64,000 nt of DNA from Eledone cirrhosa (taxonomy: Eukaryota). The stretch lies in contig OZ024762.1 in assembly GCA_964016885.1 (NCBI GenBank), positions 17,856,001-17,920,000 on the forward strand, given 5' to 3'. The notes beneath the pieces are model-generated. The model was not told the origin of the DNA and did not search any database. It was given only the letters and a program-made list of their open reading frames with translations. Both the position numbers and the translations under genes were made by a program. Positions 58,324 to 64,000 of this stretch are shown piece after piece (positions within the stretch are counted from its first letter, which is position 1; the number at the start of each line of letters is the position of its first letter).

Positions 58324-58872
58324 GGATTGGCAGTATCGGTAGAGGGTCGGACGCCATGCTTTCCAGCATAGTTACGTCCCTTTACGATATGAGTTCAAAT
58401 CCCGCCGAGGTTGACTTTGCCTTTCATCCTTACGGGGTCGATAAAATAAAGTACCAGTAATGCACTGGGTAATTGCTGGCCTTGTGCCAAAAGTAGAAAC
58501 ATTCGGTGGATTGGCAGTATCGGTAGAGGGTCGGACGCCATGCTTTCCAGCATAGTTACGTCCCTTTACGATCTGAGTTCAAATCCCGCCGAGGTTGACT
58601 TTGCCTTTCATCCTTACGGGGTCGATAAAATAAAGTACCAGTAATGCACTGGGTAATTGCTGGCCTTGTGCCAAAAGTAGAAACATTCGGTGGATTGGCA
58701 GTATCGGTAGAGGGTCGGACGCCATGCTTTCCAGCATAGTTACGTCCCTTTACGATCTGAGTTCAAATCCCGCCGAGGTTGACTTTGCCTTTCATCCTTA
58801 CGGGGTCGATAAAATAAAGTACCAGTAATGCACTGGGTAATTGCTGGCCTTGTGCCTAAAGTAGAAACAATT
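58324..58872 (+). mobile_element. head-to-tail trimer of near-identical complete SINE family-1 units (period 184)
   Basis: GGATTGGCAGTATCGG at 58324, 58508, 58692. Confidence 0.95.
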
Positions 58873-58984
58873 ATTTTTTTGTCGATCCCTGAAAGGCTGA
58901 AAAGTAAACTTAGCTTTGACGGGATTTAAACTCGTAGTAAGCCGGAACGAATACCGGTGTTCTAGCAACTTTGCCAATTTACCT

Positions 58985-59041
<57 letters not shown>

Positions 59042-59192
59042 TACACCGGTGTGTATGATTGCGTATAGAAGATTATATTAATAAAAGGAATTCCAACTTT
59101 GTCTGATTTACTCGTTTTATTTACAATCCTTTAAAATTATAATGCTATTATAATGAAATAGTATGGTAGAATGTTAAATGTTAAGTGTTAAT

Positions 59193-59231
59193 TGAACAAG
59201 TACTTTCATACTTTCGCAACCTTCAGGTTTA
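59193..59231 (-). ncRNA. mirror copy of the 59289 hammerhead, with an A9-to-G core change
   Basis: TAAAC-CTGAAGG-TTGC(GAAA)GTAT-GAA-AGTACT-T^GTTCA. Confidence 0.6.
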
Positions 59232-59288
59232 TATTCAGTGGTGATAGACAAGTTTGAAAATTGCAAACTTGACTATCACCACTGAATA

Positions 59289-59327
59289 TGAACCTGAAGA
59301 TTGCGAAAGCATGAAAGTACTTGTTCA
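59289..59327 (+). ncRNA. minimal type-I hammerhead ribozyme
   Basis: TGAAC-CTGAAGA-TTGC(GAAA)GCAT-GAA-AGTACT-T^GTTCA: 5-bp helix I, GNRA-capped helix II (first pair U-U mismatch), palindromic helix III. Confidence 0.75.
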
Positions 59328-59417
59328 ATTAACACTTAAGATTTAATATTATACGATTATAATTTTAAAGGATTGTAAATAAAACGAGTAAATCAGACAA
59401 AGTTGGAATTCCTTTTA

Positions 59418-59452
<35 letters not shown>

Positions 59453-59732
59453 TGAGTTAGAAACTCAAAATAGTCTCTTACAATTAAATAGCTTTAAGAA
59501 AAAGGCCTTTCCGAGCAGGGTAATATAATTGAATATACAAGAGAGATGAACGCTAATATAAACATACATGTGTCCGAATTGTAAAAGACTAGGTTTGCTA
59601 GGGTGGAAAAATACTAACTACAGCAATATGGTTTGCCATACTTAATTTAAAGTAGTAAATTAAGAAAAATAATAACAAACCTATATTGGGCAACTGCCTG
59701 TTTTATATATATATATATATAGAGAGAGAGAG

Positions 59733-59942
59733 ATGTGAGAAAAACCACAGACCCTCCATCTCAACTCACCTTTTGAAAAGCAGAAGAACTGCGAAACCGG
59801 TAAAGGAACCAAATAAATATATATATTTTTTAAAAAAATAAGACTTCAGTTGCATTTTCGATTTCATCTCTTTTTCTTTATACTTTCACTCGTGTAGGAC
59901 ACCTCGGTTATTTTTCATTTTGTAAAAAAAAAAAAACCTCAC

Positions 59943-59950
<8 letters not shown>
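59733..59950 (+). mobile_element. near-identical copy of 11360-11575, starting at the hairpin apex
   Basis: ATGTGAGAAAAACCACAGACCCTCC...TTTCTAATATATA. Confidence 0.9.
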
Positions 59951-59977
<27 letters not shown>

Positions 59978-60378
59978 ACAGAAGATGTCTGTCTGTGTAA
60001 ATCCCTAAAACTCGAGAAGTACCCGACCGATTTTTTCAAACTTTACACATGCGCTACTTATATTTCTTGAAGTGCAATGGGCTAAAAAAATTTAACTGTT
60101 TCTGTCCTAGGCGAAAAACTGCATTTTAAAGGCATTTTAAGGTTCTTTTGAAGCGTAACTTAAAGATAATCCAGCCGATTTCCTCGAAATCTGCAGCACA
60201 CATTAGCTAATCCCCTCGCATTGCTGTGGACAACAAAAATTCCGATTCCATTAAGGTTTTCTTGGAAATATACGAATTAGAATTGGGCATTACATGTATG
60301 TATGTAAAAGGTAAACAGAAATAACAACACAATCGGAAGGAATATATTAGGTTAACGCTTGATATAGCAGGAAGAGGG

Positions 60379-60414
60379 TCTTAACGTTTCGGACGCTAGT
60401 CCTTCATCAGAAGA
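60379..60414 (-). ncRNA. minimal type-I hammerhead ribozyme of family A, best-preserved copy
   Basis: TCTT-CTGATGA-A-GGAC(TAGC)GTCC-GAA-ACGT-T^AAGA. Confidence 0.8.
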
Positions 60415-60563
60415 AAGAATGATAAATAAGATAGATTGAAGGGACGGGTGGGGTGGAATTGAAAAAAATGTCTTTAGATAAAAATAACAGATCCATTCAT
60501 GTTGACATATCTTGGAGGGATGTACGAATAAAACCGTCTCTCTTATTTATTACATATATATAG

Positions 60564-60600
<37 letters not shown>

Positions 60601-60601
60601 T

Positions 60602-60899
60602 ATTTCTTTATTAGCCACAGGGGCACAAAAGAAGGGGACAAATACAAAGGGGGAAGTTTACATACAATAAAAACGTGTAAAATGTTATCACAAATGGAAT
60701 TAAAAAAGTTAGTCGATTTTCCCCAATAGAGGGAGACAGTTTATATGGGTAACACATACCCCCGAAAAAAAATGTGCAGCCCTCATCTCCAGGAGTACGA
60801 AGAGTTTGTACTCCTTTCCTCTCCTCCTCCTTTTCCTCAACCTACAGGCTGATATAGAGAGAAGGCCCATTCACTCGGGCCATTCTCGCCACTTTCACC

Positions 60900-60934
<35 letters not shown>

Positions 60935-61283
60935 TTCTTTATTTGCCACAAGGGTGCACAAGAAAAGGGGACAATACAAAGACACATGCCGGGGATTTTA
61001 CATACAGTCGTGTAAAAATATTGAAACAAACAATTATAACAATCGAAATCCCCAATAGGCGTTACAAATGGATTGTTTAATACCCCGTCGATAGAACAAC
61101 CCTCAACTTCAGGAGCGTGTTGTACAAGTGCTCCTTTCTTCCTTTTGCTCTCTTCTTTAACCTACAGACTTATAAACAGAGAAGGCCCAATCACTCGAGC
61201 CATCATTTTCGCTTCATTCACCCACATTTCAGTAAATTTACTGGGGTGCAGTGCCTCTCTCTCCACGCTGATTCTTCTTCTAA
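60602..61283 (-). mobile_element. two further short 3' fragments of the Tx1/L1-like family, each bounded by (GATA)n
   Basis: ATTTCTTTAT(TA/TT)GCCACA ends and AGAGAAGGCCCA..CAC(T/G)CG ORF ends match 7998-8410. Confidence 0.9.
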
Positions 61284-61648
61284 AGATAGATGGATAGAAT
61301 GCCAACGGTATTCAGAGTGTGGGGTAGTTCATTGAACCACGATCGGGTCGCTTGCATGAGGGTGTATATTCTGAGACCCGAAACACCCACAGAACCGCGA
61401 GTACAACATGGCTGATGACAATATGTCTAAATATTTACTAACATCCTTAAAAGTCTCACCAACTTATCTCATTCAAATTTCTAAACTGTAAACATATAGT
61501 TAAGTTCCGGGATTATCTTGCTTCTTGTTTGTTTGTCTTGTTTTTTGTTTTGTTTTCTTGATTTGTTTTCTTGTTTGCTTTCTTGTCTTTTGTCTGTTTG
61601 AATTTACTTCAGCTCACGTTAAGATTAATTCAATTTAGTGACATTCCG

Positions 61649-61682
<34 letters not shown>

Positions 61683-61715
61683 GTATGTGTACATGTAATT
61701 ATATACATATATTTG

Positions 61716-61752
<37 letters not shown>

Positions 61753-61800
61753 ACATATAATTATATACATATATATATATATGCACACACACACACAAGG

Positions 61801-61833
<33 letters not shown>

Positions 61834-61939
61834 TCAAAAGAGGAGATAGGAAAAATATCACCAAAATACATTTAAAAAAAAGTACGTCTGACAAAGAAAT
61901 TCCAAAACAAACTCGAAAAAAAAACATCTAAACAATTTG

Positions 61940-61984
<45 letters not shown>

Positions 61985-61986
<2 letters not shown>

Positions 61987-62736
61987 TTGTATATTTATAT
62001 ATATCTATATATGTGTGTATATTTGTATATTTATATATATCTATATATATATATATGTGTGTATATTTGTATATTTATATATCTCTATATATGTGTGTAT
62101 ATTTGTATATTTATATATCACTATATATGTGTGTATATTTGTATATTTATATATATCTATATGTGTGTATATTTGTATATTTATATATATCTATATATGT
62201 GTGTATATTTGTATATTTATATATCTCTATATATGTGTGTATATTTGTATATTTATATATATCTATATATGTGTGTATATTTGTATATTTATATATATCT
62301 ATATATGTGTGTATATTTGTATATTTATATATATCTATATATGTGTGTATATTTGTATATTTATATATATCTATATATGTGTGTATATTTGTATATTTAT
62401 ATATCTCTATATATGTGTGTATATTTGTATATTTATATATATCTATATATGTGTGTATATTTGTATATTTATATATATCTATATATGTGTGTATATTTGT
62501 ATATTTATATATATCTATATATGTGTGTATATTTGTATATTTATATATATCTATATATCTATATATGTGTGTATATTTGTATATTTATATATCTATATAT
62601 ATGTGTGTATATTTGTATATTTATATATCTCTATATATGTGTGTATATTTGTATATTTATATATATCTCTATATATGTGTGTATATTTGTATATTTATAT
62701 ATATCTCTATATATGTGTGTATATTTGTATATTTAT
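61985..62736. repeat. 36-bp AT-rich minisatellite, about 20 units
   Basis: ATGTGTGTATATTTGTATATTTATATATATCTATAT at 62161, 62197 and onward. Confidence 0.95.
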
Positions 62737-62862
62737 TTCTAAACTGATGGAGTCGCGGGTGTGGGAAGATTGTATTTCTCAATAAATAATCCATCCACTG
62801 TTGTGAGAAGAGAGAGGACGACGGCGAGAAGAGAGAGGACGACGGCGAGAGTTGAGAGGAGA

Positions 62863-62909
<47 letters not shown>

Positions 62910-62939
62910 GAGGAAGAGAGAGGGAATGGGGAGAAAGAG

Positions 62940-63405
62940 AATGGGTAAAGAGAGGGGCGGGATTGGTGTAAGAGAGAGAGGGGGAAGAGATGGAGGGAAA
63001 TGCTGTAAGAGAGAGAGGGGGAAGAGATGGAGGGAATTGGTGTTAGAGAGAGAGGGGGAAAGGGAGTGAGGGTATTGGTGTATGAGAGGGAGGGGGGAGA
63101 GAGGGGAGGGAATTGGTGTATGAGAGAGAGAGGGGGGAGAGAGGGGAGGGAATTGGTGTATGAGAGAGAGAGGGGGAGAGAGGGGAGGGAATTGGTGTAA
63201 GAGAGAGAGAGAGGGGGTGAGAGGGGGGGAATTGGTGTATGAGAGAGATAGGGGGAGAGAGGGAGGGAGTTGGTGTAAGAGAAGGGGAAGAAAGGCAGGG
63301 AATTGGTGTAAGAGAGAGAGGGGGTGTAAGAGAGAGAGGGGGTGTAAGAGAGAGAGGTGGGTGTAAGAGAGAGAGGAGGTGTAAGAGAGGGGTGGGGGTG
63401 GGGGG
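62940..63405. repeat. purine-rich degenerate minisatellite (GGAATTGGTGTA(A/T)GAGAGAG)
   Basis: direct reading. Confidence 0.85.
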
Positions 63406-63607
63406 CAGTATTGAAGACAGATCTGCCGTCAGATGGCGTGACACAGTGAAGAGACCGATGTTTGTGATGTCATTTGTTGATAACCTCTCCGTTCGTTGCT
63501 TGATTCCATTGGCGTCTCAAAGACTTGATGCAGTTTAGATGAAGCAAGCTGCCAATGAGAAAGTGATGCCAAAGATTTTGTCGAAGGAATTTCATCGTCG
63601 TAGACAT

Positions 63608-63646
<39 letters not shown>

Positions 63647-63767
63647 TCTCTCTCTCGCCCTCTCTCTCTCTCTCTCCCTCCTTCGTGATCCCCACCTCCC
63701 AACCATCGGCTGGTGGTACGCCACATCTTTCACTCTTTCACACACACATATATAAAGATAGATATAT

Positions 63768-63834
<67 letters not shown>

Positions 63835-63848
63835 TATACATATACATA

Positions 63849-63879
<31 letters not shown>

Positions 63880-64000
63880 GTGTGTGTGTGTGTATTTATA
63901 TAAATATATATATGTTATATATACATATATATATATATATATGTACTTACATACATAAATATATATAATATATATACATATCATATACATATATATATAT

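Larger units (their letters stand above)
59074..59425. mobile_element. about 350-bp fold-back palindrome with an HHR in each arm, in (TA)n
   Basis: arms pair around the loop AAAATTG (59257-59263). Confidence 0.92.

Noticed and set aside
61351-61390. HHR-like GGGTGTA...CTGAGA...GAAACACCC
   Set aside because: Core incomplete and helices I and II cannot both form; at best a decayed remnant
63429-63610. Possible terminal exon on the minus strand (YVYDDEIPSTKSLASL...CHAI*)
   Set aside because: Preceded by (AG)n rather than a pyrimidine tract and no recognisable homology

Overview
AT-rich, repeat-saturated eukaryotic genomic DNA, most likely from a coleoid cephalopod (octopus-like). That assignment is inferred from the (TA)n/(TATG)n/(GATA)n density, TTAGGG repeats and the style of the tRNA-derived SINEs. 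No intact protein-coding gene can be firmly called: almost all ORFs in the track are translations of micro- or minisatellites. Real coding remnants are fragments of non-LTR retrotransposons (one Tx1/L1-like family in three copies, two R4/Dong-like RLE elements, two RTE-like elements, one Penelope-like N-terminus) plus a plausible first coding exon at 24182-24377. About ten minisatellite arrays are present, several visibly born from pieces of SINEs or LINEs. The strongest hidden signal is a dispersed set of minimal type-I hammerhead ribozyme (HHR) motifs from several unrelated sequence families (best copies 2778-2840 minus, 59289-59327 plus, 60379-60414 minus). They sit in short non-coding elements that are usually embedded in (TA)n tracts and are often folded back into long inverted repeats, which matches Penelope pseudo-LTR or retrozyme-like architecture. 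Coordinates were counted by hand and may be off by a few bases. Family names come from recalled motifs, not database searches.
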